A stretch of 64,000 nt of DNA from a virus: the IMG/VR virus record IMGVR_UViG_3300033144_005525, positions 127,127 to 191,126 of that record, one strand, 5' to 3'. Both the position numbers and the translations under genes were made by a program. Every line of letters starts with the position of its first letter. Position 1 is the first letter of the stretch. Shown one piece after another: positions 27,084 through 36,756 of the stretch. The notes beneath the pieces were generated by a model. That model did no database searches, was not told where the DNA came from, and was given only the letters and a program-made list of their open reading frames with translations.

Positions 27084-28451
27084 ATGGCTGCCAACCTCGA
27101 GTACCAAGTTGTCTCAAAAATCATCGAGACGCAGGACTTTCACTCGATCGAGAGGCTGCGAGTAGATGATGACTTTTTCTTCTCACCAGAGTGCAAGACC
27201 ATATTCAAGTACCTGTGGCAGCACTTCCACCAAGCTGAGACTTTCGGCTACATACCTAGCTTCCAGATAGTCCAGCAGATCTTCCCGGGCTTTCCGTACA
27301 CACCGTCCTCCGACAACATCGACATTCTAGTAGACCAACTTAGGTTGGCGAAGATGAAGGTCGATCTGCTGGAATACGCCGAGAAGATACAGCAGTTCGC
27401 AGACTACAACCCGAGGGAAGGGTTGACCTTCCTACGGGAAGCTTCATCGACGATGTCCACTCGTCACGAGATGACGAACGACATGCTGTTGTCCGATGTC
27501 TACGACGACCTACTGAATGACTATCACCTAGTCGCTTCAGGGAAGGGAATCACTGGGCTTCCGTGGCCTTGGTACCCTTTGAACGAAGCCACTCAGGGAA
27601 TTCATCCTGGTGAGTTCATTCTGATCTACGGCAGACCGAAGAACATGAAGACGTGGACTGCGCTCTACATAGCGACCATTCTTCATCTGCACTGCAACGT
27701 ACGGGTGCTGATCTACAGCCTGGAGATGCACCCCAAGCAGATACTCCGTCGCGTGGCTGCTATCAGAGCCATGGTCAACTACAAGTCCCTGCTTTCTGGG
27801 AAACTGCAACAGCCTGACTATTACCGATTCTTCGAGCATCTCCAGTCTCTAAAGATGGACAAGGTTCAAGCCATCCAAGGGGTTGATTCGGTCAAGGCTG
27901 GGTTCATGGTCACTTCAGGTAAGGGCTCCAACGGAATCAGCTTTCTGCACTCCAAGATCCGAGAGTTCAAACCTCACATCGTGTTCGTAGATGGCCTCTA
28001 TCTGATGCAAGACGATAGGCAAAAGAAGAGGACCATTGACTGGAAGGCAATCGCCCACATCAGTCAGGACATGAAGATCACTGCTCGAGAGTTCGAAATC
28101 CCCATCATCGCTACAGCACAAGCGAATCGTGGAGCAGCTAAGACCAATCCAAAGGATGCAGATGTGTCGGAGATCGCCTACTCCGATGCCTTGGGGCAAG
28201 ACACGGACTTCTCCATCCGAGTCACCAAACGGATGGATGAGCAAAATGGTAACCCAGAGTTGGTCCTATCGTTTCCTGGAAGTAGAGAAACCGATCTGGA
28301 TGCTTTCCTCATCAACGCAATACCTGCCCTCAACTTCGATCTGAAGAGTCTCCACGTAACTACTAAGGAAGAAGACAGTAAGAAGGATCCTCCGGAGAAG
28401 AAGGCGGACAAACCACCTACCATCCAGGCCAGTCGGTTGAGGGGTACCTGA
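27084..28451 (+). CDS. dnaB: Replicative DNA helicase, DnaB-like (SF4)
   Basis: ITGLPWPW..LN..T.G, IYGRPKNMKT (variant Walker A), YSLEM, VFVDGLYLM, AQANR, SDALGQDTD. AGGAGG RBS. Confidence 0.88.
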   Translation: MAANLEYQVVSKIIETQDFHSIERLRVDDDFFFSPECKTIFKYLWQHFHQAETFGYIPSFQIVQQIFPGFPYTPSSDNIDILVDQLRLAKMKVDLLEYAEKIQQFADYNPREGLTFLREASSTMSTRHEMTNDMLLSDVYDDLLNDYHLVASGKGITGLPWPWYPLNEATQGIHPGEFILIYGRPKNMKTWTALYIATILHLHCNVRVLIYSLEMHPKQILRRVAAIRAMVNYKSLLSGKLQQPDYYRFFEHLQSLKMDKVQAIQGVDSVKAGFMVTSGKGSNGISFLHSKIREFKPHIVFVDGLYLMQDDRQKKRTIDWKAIAHISQDMKITAREFEIPIIATAQANRGAAKTNPKDADVSEIAYSDALGQDTDFSIRVTKRMDEQNGNPELVLSFPGSRETDLDAFLINAIPALNFDLKSLHVTTKEEDSKKDPPEKKADKPPTIQASRLRGT

Positions 28452-29518
28452 TGCAGGACTACATCATCGACTTAGTTAGACGGTATGTAGACGACCGAAT
28501 ACGTAGGTCAGGTGATTCCAACATCTCTTGTCGTTGCCCCTTCCATAAAGGCGGGCAAGAGTCGAGACCCTCCTTCTCTGTGAACGTAGAGCTGGGAGTG
28601 TTCAACTGCTACACCTGCCATGAATCAGGAACGATTCCGACCCTTCTCACCATGCTGGGTCTGCCTCCTGAGACTGTCGATCGTGAGACAGAGGGTATTC
28701 GTGACCAGATCAAATCAAACCTCGAAGATCTGAATCGACGGAAGACTCAACAGTTCTTCCATCACAATCCATTCCGAGCTCCCACAGTGCTCAGCGAGAC
28801 CTTCCTCTCGGCCTTCGATTGGTGCCCTACTCTGCTAATCAACCTTGGGTTCCAGTGGCAGTGGCTGAAGTACTTACAGATCGGCGTCGATCGAATCAAC
28901 AATCGAATCACGTATCCCGTTCGAGACATCTACGGGAACCTGGCTGGGTTCGTTGGTGGGGCCACCATGGCTGGTCAGTTACCCAAGTACAAGGTCTACC
29001 AACCGGAGAAGAAAGAGATTGGAGGTCATGTCACACCAGGGGACTACGGTCAGTGGTTCCTAGAGGATTATCCAGGGTACGAATTTAGGAAGAGCCAGTA
29101 CCTATGGAATTACGACCGGGTGTATCCACGGCTCTTCTTTGGAAAGGAGGTAGACACACTAATCATCGTTGAGGGATTCAAAGCGTGCATGTGGCTGCTA
29201 CAAAATGGCTTCAAGAACACAGTCGCCTTGATGGGTAGCAGCCTCTCCGAGAGGCAGAAGCAACTGATTCTCAGAGTGGATACAAGAATCCTCCTCTTCC
29301 TGGACAACGATGCTGCAGGTCAGGAAGGGACTAGCAAGATAGGTAGAAATCTCCAAAAGGCAGTGCCCACGGTATGGGCGGTACGTTATCCAGACGGTGT
29401 TTCAGAGGACTGTCAACCCGACGACCTCGACTACGCAAACTTGCGAAGCGCTATAGGAAACGCACCTCTGTTCCGAGATTGGAAGAAAGAGAAAACATCA
29501 TGGGTCTCAGTAATCTAA
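28451..29518 (+). CDS. dnaG: DNA primase (CHC2 zinc finger + TOPRIM)
   Basis: CPFH...PSFSVN...CYTC, IIVEG, FLDNDAAG. Directly follows the helicase. Confidence 0.9.
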   Translation: MQDYIIDLVRRYVDDRIRRSGDSNISCRCPFHKGGQESRPSFSVNVELGVFNCYTCHESGTIPTLLTMLGLPPETVDRETEGIRDQIKSNLEDLNRRKTQQFFHHNPFRAPTVLSETFLSAFDWCPTLLINLGFQWQWLKYLQIGVDRINNRITYPVRDIYGNLAGFVGGATMAGQLPKYKVYQPEKKEIGGHVTPGDYGQWFLEDYPGYEFRKSQYLWNYDRVYPRLFFGKEVDTLIIVEGFKACMWLLQNGFKNTVALMGSSLSERQKQLILRVDTRILLFLDNDAAGQEGTSKIGRNLQKAVPTVWAVRYPDGVSEDCQPDDLDYANLRSAIGNAPLFRDWKKEKTSWVSVI

Positions 29519-31056
29519 GAAACGCAGCCTCCCGCATGGGCGGTGGAGGCAAAGGCAAGGGAAAAGGCGGTTACTACGCAAGGTGGCAGCCTCCCAGCAT
29601 CACTAGGAACGCTCCGAAGCTGACTCCGGCAGATGTGCAGCAGCACGCAGAGCCAGTCGTCTTCATCGCGGCAGAATATCCCGACAAGTTCGACATCAGT
29701 CAGATCACGGGACAGCCGACGATTCAACCGGCGTTCAACCACAGGTTCCATCGCTACGTCCACACATACCAAGGTGGACAGAGCTTCCGAACCGTCACCT
29801 GCACAGCAGGTCCGGATCCCCATGCTCCGCAACCCTGTCTGGGTTGTTGGAAGATCGATCAGAAGGAGTGGGACGAGAAGACCTACGGAACTCGCACGAG
29901 TTGGGCCTTCAACGTCGCTCGCCTCTCGGCCTACCACGACATGCCCTACATGAAGGATGGGCAGATCCAATACAAGCAGGACAAGCCGAGTGAGCCTGTC
30001 ATGATCAGCAGGTCTTGCCAGGGGCAGTACGGTACGGTCGCAGACCGTCTCTACTGGGGACCTCAGGGACGCAACAAGCAGTGCACAGGCTGCCAGCAGA
30101 ACGCTCCCGTCCGATTGGGAAGCCACTGCTACCTCGAGCTAGGGAAGAACCACCTTCTCAACTTGCTCGACTTCGCCGACAACGTCCTAGGCAAAGTGTG
30201 CCTGAACTGCAACACAGGTCTGGTGAAGATCGGGTTCTCTTGCAAAAGTTGCAAGCAATCCGTCCTCGACATCGCTCAGAGCGGATGGACCAACGAGCAG
30301 ATCAAGGAGTTCCAGGACCAGGCAGTACGGTGCCCACACTGTGGAGTGACCGAGCTCCCGGACCCGGACTACGACTGTGGCTACGACGACAAGGGATTCT
30401 CCAAGATCCAGGGAGGTTGTCCCGAAGAGAATGAGCCGGTTCCGCTGTCGCTGTTCGACGTGGTGGTGTGGCTTCATCGTGAGGGAGAGGGGACGCAGTC
30501 GGCGCTCTCCGTGGCACAGTGGTGCCGACTCACTGAGGCTCCCTTCGGTAACAGTGGGGAAGCTTCCGACATCACGTCGTGGGTGAAGGACCAAATCGTT
30601 CCTCAGATCTTCGACTTCGAGGATCTGTTTGGGACGGACACTCAAGGTCAGGCCAAAGCGCTCAAGTGCTTCGACCCATTCACCCAGCAGAACCAGCAGA
30701 GCTTCCACAGCTACGGTCAGGCGCCTACGGTGGCTCCTGGAGCACCTCCTCCCGCTCCTCCACAGCCTGGTTACGCTCCCCCCGCTGCCGCTCCGCAGGT
30801 AGCTCCACAGGCTGTTCAAGGGATGCAGCCTGCCATGACTCCTCCCTACGTGGCTCCTCCCACCATGACTCCTCAGGCGGCACCGCAACCCGCTGCCATG
30901 CCTCCTCAGCAGCCAGCGATCGCTCAGCCTTATCCCCCTCAAGCAGCTCCTGGGGCTCCGGCTCCCGCTGCAGCACCACCTGCAGCACCACCTGCAGCAC
31001 CGGCCTACCCACAGCCTCCCTCTCCGGGCGGCAGGCCGCCTTGGGGCAACCCGTAA
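29500..31056 (+). CDS. Putative ssDNA-binding protein (gp32-like core) with several Zn ribbons and a P/A/Q-rich tail
   Basis: Lies between primase and polymerase. H...TC...CLGC, WAFNV and WLHREGEGTQ resemble gp32-type SSBs. Extra CTGC, CLNC, CKSC, CPHC. Start moved to ATG 29500. Confidence 0.55.
   Translation: MGLSNLRNAASRMGGGGKGKGKGGYYARWQPPSITRNAPKLTPADVQQHAEPVVFIAAEYPDKFDISQITGQPTIQPAFNHRFHRYVHTYQGGQSFRTVTCTAGPDPHAPQPCLGCWKIDQKEWDEKTYGTRTSWAFNVARLSAYHDMPYMKDGQIQYKQDKPSEPVMISRSCQGQYGTVADRLYWGPQGRNKQCTGCQQNAPVRLGSHCYLELGKNHLLNLLDFADNVLGKVCLNCNTGLVKIGFSCKSCKQSVLDIAQSGWTNEQIKEFQDQAVRCPHCGVTELPDPDYDCGYDDKGFSKIQGGCPEENEPVPLSLFDVVVWLHREGEGTQSALSVAQWCRLTEAPFGNSGEASDITSWVKDQIVPQIFDFEDLFGTDTQGQAKALKCFDPFTQQNQQSFHSYGQAPTVAPGAPPPAPPQPGYAPPAAAPQVAPQAVQGMQPAMTPPYVAPPTMTPQAAPQPAAMPPQQPAIAQPYPPQAAPGAPAPAAAPPAAPPAAPAYPQPPSPGGRPPWGNP
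30968..31001 (+). repeat. 12-bp coding tandem repeat (CTGCAGCACCAC, about 3 copies) encoding PAAP
   Basis: Read directly from the sequence. Confidence 0.8.
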
Positions 31057-31074
31057 ACCCTAACTAGATAGCTG

Positions 31075-31118
31075 AAGGGAGCCCACACTCTGCACTTGCG
31101 GGGTGTGGGTCTTCCTTT
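31075..31118 (+). terminator. Long stem-loop, possible terminator or attenuator ahead of the DNA polymerase
   Basis: AAGGGAGCCCACACTCTGC-actt-GCGGGGTGTGGGTCTTCCTT pairs with G-U wobbles and is followed by only a short T run. Confidence 0.55.
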
Positions 31119-31138
31119 GGCTCTCTCATGGGATCTTC

Positions 31139-33124
31139 ATGGCGAACTGGAACCTGATACCGCCTTGTGAGTGGTTGGATACAGAGGAACAGGTCATCGA
31201 GGCCAGTACCTATTTGGTCAACAACCCCAACAAGGAGGTAGGCTTCGATACCGAGACCACAGGTCTCCACTACATCCGAGATTTCCCACTGATGTTCTCC
31301 TTGTCGGACGGAGTTCGTCGCTTTGCTGGGATGTGGGATCCATGGGGCAACCACTACGCAATTCAGAACTGGTTGCTTGAGAATCCTGAGATCACCATCA
31401 TCGGGACTGGCATCAAGTTCGACATGCACATGGTCGCCAACCGAGGGATCACCATTAGAGGAGATGTCATCGATACCCTCGTCATGGATTGGCTCTACGA
31501 CGAGAACCGGTGGAACCACGACCTCAAGGCAACTGCCAGGGACCACTGCGGTATCAAGATGCGGGACTTCAAAGAAGTCTTCCCGTTTTTACCTAAGAAG
31601 AAGGACCGACCTAAAGACACTGCTGGAGCCGCTATCATGCGGAAGATTTCTACTCCAGAAGGCTTCGAAGAAGCGAAGGAGTACGCAGGTCTTGATGCCT
31701 TCGCTTCCTTGAAGGTCAGGGACTTCCTACGGGATCGGCTCAAAGAAGACACCCTCCGCAAGAACTACTCGTTTTGGCAGTACTTCAAAGACTGGGAGGT
31801 CGACTTCACTCGTGTGCTCTGGAACATGGAGCGCCGTGGATTCATGCTCGCCACCGGACATCTCCGAGCTCAGATCAAGCCGATGGAAGCTGAGATAGAG
31901 ACCCTCAAAGGGAAACTCGCACAACTGGTTGGGTACCCACTCAACCCAGGCAGCACCAAGCAACTCAAGGCCCTGTTCTTCGATCATCTACAGCGAGTAC
32001 CAATCAAGTACACCAAGGGTGGGAAGTCGGGCATCAAGAGCCCATCCACAGATGCAGAAGTACTAGAGACATGGGCAGAGGATGGGACTCCTGATGCTCC
32101 TGATGGTTGCCCCTACGCAAAGCTCATCATGGAGTGTCGTGGGGTGGTCAAGACGAAGGGTACCTACATCGAAGGTCCTCTAGAGCTCGTGGATGACAAC
32201 CTACGTATCCACACTCAGCTCAAGCAACACGGAACAGTCACCGGCCGGCTGAGCTCCAAAGAACCCAACCTCCAGAACCTCCCTAGACCTAAGGGCGACA
32301 AGTACAGGATCAGGGAAGCGTTCGTGGCTCCTCCTGGAAAGGTTCTGTTCGTCTCCGACTATGCCCAGTTGGAAATGCGTCTGATGGCGCATTTCTCTCA
32401 AGACCCGAGGATGCTCAAGGCAATCCTCGATGGTCTGGATCTTCACTGCTTCACTGTCTCACTTATGTACGGGGTCGAATACTCCGAGGTAGTGGCTGCC
32501 AAGAAAGAGAAAGGCACCCTCACTGATAGGCAAATCCTTCTTATCGGTTACCGGCAAGCAGCTAAGGCTACCGGCTTCGGTCTGATCTACGGTATCGGTC
32601 CCAAGAAACTGGGTGCTGATTTGACGCTCGAGCTCGGACGTCTGATCGACATGAAGGAAGCCCAGGGGATGATTCGTGCTTACTTCGACATCTTCCGTGG
32701 TGTCGAGGACTTCATCAAAGCTACACACAACAACTGCCGACGTACTCACTACGTCCAAACCATCATCGGACGGAAACGACGGCTTCCTCAGATCACTGCC
32801 AAGGGCAGCGACGCAGCAAAGGGACTAGCTGCACAGGCTCGACGGCAGGCAGTCAACTCCATCATCCAAGGTACTGCTGCGGACATCGCCAAGGCGGCCA
32901 TGATTCGATGCGAGTGGGATGCAGAACTCAATGAGCTCGATGCCCAACTTCTGATGCAGGTCCACGATGAGCTCATCTTTGAAGTAGACAACGTCCCGGA
33001 GACCATGGACCTGGTGGAGAAGCGAGTCACATCCATCATGGAGACCCCCTTCCCTGGCTATGCTCTCAGCGTTCCTATCCCGACTGAGGGATCCTTCGCG
33101 TATACGTGGGCTGATGCCAAGTAG
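31139..33124 (+). CDS. polA: DNA polymerase family A with 3'-5' exonuclease (no 5'-3' exonuclease)
   Basis: FDTETTG, TGRLSS.EPNLQN, DYAQLEMR, RQAAKATGFGLIYG, NSIIQGTAADI, QVHDEL. Confidence 0.95.
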   Translation: MANWNLIPPCEWLDTEEQVIEASTYLVNNPNKEVGFDTETTGLHYIRDFPLMFSLSDGVRRFAGMWDPWGNHYAIQNWLLENPEITIIGTGIKFDMHMVANRGITIRGDVIDTLVMDWLYDENRWNHDLKATARDHCGIKMRDFKEVFPFLPKKKDRPKDTAGAAIMRKISTPEGFEEAKEYAGLDAFASLKVRDFLRDRLKEDTLRKNYSFWQYFKDWEVDFTRVLWNMERRGFMLATGHLRAQIKPMEAEIETLKGKLAQLVGYPLNPGSTKQLKALFFDHLQRVPIKYTKGGKSGIKSPSTDAEVLETWAEDGTPDAPDGCPYAKLIMECRGVVKTKGTYIEGPLELVDDNLRIHTQLKQHGTVTGRLSSKEPNLQNLPRPKGDKYRIREAFVAPPGKVLFVSDYAQLEMRLMAHFSQDPRMLKAILDGLDLHCFTVSLMYGVEYSEVVAAKKEKGTLTDRQILLIGYRQAAKATGFGLIYGIGPKKLGADLTLELGRLIDMKEAQGMIRAYFDIFRGVEDFIKATHNNCRRTHYVQTIIGRKRRLPQITAKGSDAAKGLAAQARRQAVNSIIQGTAADIAKAAMIRCEWDAELNELDAQLLMQVHDELIFEVDNVPETMDLVEKRVTSIMETPFPGYALSVPIPTEGSFAYTWADAK

Positions 33125-33206
33125 CAAGAATCCACATGGGCCAGAGTACGTGGTCACTCAAGTGGAGCCTTTGCCGTTCCCAAGCACAAAAGTACTGGAG
33201 TTAGGC

Positions 33207-33398
33207 ATGGAGAAGCACGGAGTCAAGAAGGACGAGAGTAAGACCAAGACAGCGTCTTCACTCTCTGGTATTTGCCCTAAATGTGGAGGGGAACTCACGA
33301 AGGAAGACGAGTGGGGACCTATCGCTGGTGGGGCATTTATCGATCACTGCCCGAAATGTGGGACTTTACCGTTCGAGAAGAAGCCAGACCAAGACTAG
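33207..33398 (+). CDS. Small Zn-ribbon protein
   Basis: GGAG RBS then MEKHGV...KTAS...CPKCGG...CPKCG. Alternative start at 33114. Confidence 0.65.
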   Translation: MEKHGVKKDESKTKTASSLSGICPKCGGELTKEDEWGPIAGGAFIDHCPKCGTLPFEKKPDQD

Positions 33399-33405
33399 GA
33401 GCAAG

Positions 33406-34677
33406 ATGCCAAAGAAGACGATAGCTAAGAAGCCGGTTAAGCAGCCACAAAAGAAAGCTCCTACCACCAAGAAGACGGCTCCAAAGTCCACCAAGAAAAA
33501 GGACAAGACTCCGCTGTCTCGTAGCGAGCGTCTGGCGATTCTCAAGCAGAGTATCAACACCAACTTCAAAGGTAGGGCAACGATCAAGTCCGCCGACGAG
33601 TTCTCCAACGTCTTCATCCTGCGGAGACCAACGGGCATCACGTCTCTGGATATGTCCATCGGCGGAGGTTTCCCTGCTGGTGGTCTATCTCAGATCATTG
33701 GGTCGTCGAGCGTTGGTAAGGACTACTTGGTCAACCTCATCATCGCCAATCTCCAAACCACTTACGGAGAGGATGCCTCCGTATGCTTGGCCATGACTGA
33801 GATGCACTTCGACAAGAAGTACGCTAAGAAGTGTGGCGTTAGAATCGCTTTGACGGCTCTGGAGATCTCTCAATGGCAACAAGCTCTGGAGAGGGACTTC
33901 ACTCCAGAGGAAATGGCCTGGGCAACGGACCAGGTTGGTACTGTCAACGAGATCATCGCCAGCAACGCAGAGGAGCTGCTCGAGGCCACTGCACAGTGCA
34001 TCGAATCGAACCTCTACCAGATCATCGTGATTAATTCCTTCGGTGCTTTACTCACCAAAGCAGAAGAGGAAACGGATATCACACAGAAGCACTACGGCGG
34101 TGCGGCTATGCCCATCACCAACTTCATGAAGCGTGTCCACTCTGCTCTCAACAGCGAGGACGCCCACGGGCAGCCCAATACCACCACCATCATCGGGATC
34201 AATCAGTTCCGGGACAATCTCGGATCAGATGCAAAGTGGAACCCCTTGAAGATAGCCGGTGGTAATGCTCTGAAGCACGGGAAGCTGGTTGATGTCTATT
34301 TGAAGGCACAGGCCCGCATCAAGTACCCCACGGACTCGAAGATCATCCTTGGGAAGGAAATCCACTGGGAGATCCTCAAAGGCAAGGCTGGCTGTCATGA
34401 CGGTCCGAAAGGAATGTATCCGTTCTACTTCGGAGAGTATGGCTACCCATTCGGCGCCGACGTGTATCAGGACGTCATTGTTTGTGGGGTTCTCCATAAC
34501 ATCCTGCAAATGAACGGGGCCTGGATTCTGTGGGATCGCAGTGGAGGCCAGCTCAAAGGACAAGGCAAAGAGAAGTTCGCCCATGTGATTGCTGATGCTG
34601 GTCTCTTCAATCAGCTTCGGGACCTGTGTTTCGAGGCTGCTGGTGTCAACTTCATCACCAAGAGTGCCGATGATTAA
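33406..34677 (+). CDS. recA: RecA/UvsX-like recombinase with atypical Walker motifs and Lys-rich N-terminus
   Basis: PTGITSLD..IGGGFPAG, GSSSVGKD, IGINQFR, GGNALKH. AGGAG RBS before ATG 33406. Confidence 0.88.
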   Translation: MPKKTIAKKPVKQPQKKAPTTKKTAPKSTKKKDKTPLSRSERLAILKQSINTNFKGRATIKSADEFSNVFILRRPTGITSLDMSIGGGFPAGGLSQIIGSSSVGKDYLVNLIIANLQTTYGEDASVCLAMTEMHFDKKYAKKCGVRIALTALEISQWQQALERDFTPEEMAWATDQVGTVNEIIASNAEELLEATAQCIESNLYQIIVINSFGALLTKAEEETDITQKHYGGAAMPITNFMKRVHSALNSEDAHGQPNTTTIIGINQFRDNLGSDAKWNPLKIAGGNALKHGKLVDVYLKAQARIKYPTDSKIILGKEIHWEILKGKAGCHDGPKGMYPFYFGEYGYPFGADVYQDVIVCGVLHNILQMNGAWILWDRSGGQLKGQGKEKFAHVIADAGLFNQLRDLCFEAAGVNFITKSADD

Positions 34678-35200
34678 CAGGAGCAATCGCAGGATCCGAA
34701 ATCTAAGTCAGCGACAAGAGAAGCAAGCTGCCAAAGACGTGGGTGGGTACACCGTAGCTGGCAGCGGTGCTGCCAAATTCAGTGGAGGTGGGGATGTTCG
34801 CAAACAAGGAGAGCTTCGGATCGAGTGCAAGTACACCGAGAAGGATTACTACGATCTGAAGCTCTCCGAGCTCAAGAAGATCAAGCTCCAGGCGCTACAC
34901 GGTGGACTCGAACAAGCAGTCATGCAGCTCGAATTTGTTTCCGGTTCGTCGAGCTGGAAATGTGTGATCCTCCCGGCCCTACGAAATGACGCACTGCGTC
35001 AATTCAAAAGTACCGCCAATAGGCAAGCGAGACTTCATCGGGACGAGCTGATGGGATTTTTCCTGGAGAGCTCAGAAGGAGTCCAAGTAGTTTTCCTCGA
35101 GGAGCCTAAGGGTACCTCTCACGTATTCACGATCGTGAGCTGGCACGTATTCCTCTTCGGAGTTGATGAGGATGATCCCAGAGCAAGGGAACACGAATGA
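34670..35200 (+). CDS. PD-(D/E)XK nuclease, Holliday-junction-resolvase-like
   Basis: QEKQAAK..GG...AGSGA...GDV...IECKYT. Confidence 0.7.
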   Translation: MINRSNRRIRNLSQRQEKQAAKDVGGYTVAGSGAAKFSGGGDVRKQGELRIECKYTEKDYYDLKLSELKKIKLQALHGGLEQAVMQLEFVSGSSSWKCVILPALRNDALRQFKSTANRQARLHRDELMGFFLESSEGVQVVFLEEPKGTSHVFTIVSWHVFLFGVDEDDPRAREHE

Positions 35201-36150
35201 TCGAAATACGAAGCATCAACGACTTCCTACAGCTCTCTGAGTTTCACCGCTCAATAATTCTCAAGGAACTGAAGACCAAGATCCGTTTGGAGGATTGGCT
35301 CCGTGCTCTGAACGATAAGAAGAAGCGGGTTCTGCGGAACTCCAAGACCTTCCGAATGGCTTGCCGCAAGTGTGAAGGAAAGGGAGACATCGTTATCGTT
35401 CCTAGGGATGGTAGGGACGTACACCCTTCGCAGATTCACAAGTGCCTCAAGAAGATCTGGTTCGATTGCAATGATGTCGTGGTCGAACGGGAAGGGGTCC
35501 CGACGAAGGTACCCTACGCAGAGTTCGCAGAGGAATACATCGACCCTCGCCTGCGGATGATCTTCGACATGGGTCATGCCTGGCACGACACCATGCAAGG
35601 CTACGGAGCCAAGGGAGCTTGGTGTCCCAAAAAATCCTACCGCTCAGAGGTAGAGATAGATCCGGACAAGAAGAAGAACGGGCAGGCCGTTCACCCCATG
35701 GCAGAGGCTTACTGGATTCGAGGCTCTGCAGATGCCGTCCTCGACTTGTACGTCATCAACATCCCTGGCCTAGGGGAAATAGGCATTCGACTCATCCACG
35801 AGTACAAAACCATCAACTCGAATGGATACGGACGTCTTACCAAGCCGAAGTCCGATCACAAATGGCAGGCTACTATCTACTCCGTGGCTTTGGATGTACC
35901 GGTAGTCGTTTACATCTACACCAACAAAGACAACTGCCAACTTGCCGACTTCCCAATCTCCTTCGACGTCATGCTGTGGAAGAAGATCGAAGAGAAGATC
36001 GAGAAGGTCCAGTACTACACAGAGCAAGAGGGAACCCCTCCCTGGGAAGAGACATCTGCTGTCCTCAGTCCGAGGGATTGCACTGAGTGCCCCTACCAAA
36101 AGCTCTGCAACCCACCACAGGCTGAGGCCAAACGATCTAGGAGGAGGTAA
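35197..36150 (+). CDS. Cas4-like PD-(D/E)XK exonuclease
   Basis: HPSQIHKC, G..WH, GSADAV, HEYKT, QATIY and C-terminal CTECPYQKLC (split 4-Cys cluster). Confidence 0.8.
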   Translation: MIEIRSINDFLQLSEFHRSIILKELKTKIRLEDWLRALNDKKKRVLRNSKTFRMACRKCEGKGDIVIVPRDGRDVHPSQIHKCLKKIWFDCNDVVVEREGVPTKVPYAEFAEEYIDPRLRMIFDMGHAWHDTMQGYGAKGAWCPKKSYRSEVEIDPDKKKNGQAVHPMAEAYWIRGSADAVLDLYVINIPGLGEIGIRLIHEYKTINSNGYGRLTKPKSDHKWQATIYSVALDVPVVVYIYTNKDNCQLADFPISFDVMLWKKIEEKIEKVQYYTEQEGTPPWEETSAVLSPRDCTECPYQKLCNPPQAEAKRSRRR

Positions 36151-36153
36151 GAC

Positions 36154-36756
36154 ATGGGTTTCGATGTCGAGAATCAGATGGACCTAGCTGAGGGGATGTC
36201 TCTCTACGAGATTCAAGCCGACGTGTTGAACGACTTCCATCAACGTGGCTTCATCATCCCCGTAGCTCCTCAACAAAACACGGACCAAGGCCCTCAACCA
36301 TATCGTGGGGACCTCCCTCCCGATCTAACCCAGCTGGATGATCAAACTCTAGGGACTCTACTGACCATGCTCACCCGGTGGTTGGAGTACGTCGGGACAC
36401 AGCTAACCCTCACCGACCTGTCCAGAACTGTCTCAGGAGAGCAGCGGGACTTCACTGAGGCCACCATCAAACTGACCTACAAGTTCGACGACGATCAGAA
36501 GAAGAGGACAGTTCAGGAGCGCATGGCCAAGGTCACTACGGATCGACGGTATGCGAAGGTGAACCGTGCCTACATCTACCTGAACACCCTCTATACCCTC
36601 ACCGAGGGGGTGTACAAAGCCGCCAAGCAGAACTACGCTGCGGTGTCTCGACGGGTCACTCAACGTGGCCAAGAGATAGATCGGAACAACCGAACGGGGG
36701 CGGTCGGTCAACTACCAGCTCCAGGTGCTCCCCTGTTGCCTGGTAGGAGGCTTTGA
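36154..36756 (+). CDS. Hypothetical helical protein (possible UvsY-like recombination mediator)
   Basis: GGAGG RBS, long helical or coiled-coil character, located in the recombination cluster. The functional call is weak. Confidence 0.55.
   Translation: MGFDVENQMDLAEGMSLYEIQADVLNDFHQRGFIIPVAPQQNTDQGPQPYRGDLPPDLTQLDDQTLGTLLTMLTRWLEYVGTQLTLTDLSRTVSGEQRDFTEATIKLTYKFDDDQKKRTVQERMAKVTTDRRYAKVNRAYIYLNTLYTLTEGVYKAAKQNYAAVSRRVTQRGQEIDRNNRTGAVGQLPAPGAPLLPGRRL

Noticed and set aside
7225-33124. Inteins or introns in RNAP, NrdJ, DnaB or PolA
   Set aside because: Conserved motifs are collinear without large insertions, and I saw no intein splice-junction or homing-endonuclease signatures.
35197-36150. 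Cas4-like gene as evidence of a CRISPR-Cas system
   Set aside because: No repeat-spacer array or other cas gene is visible, and stand-alone Cas4-like nucleases are common in phage replication modules.
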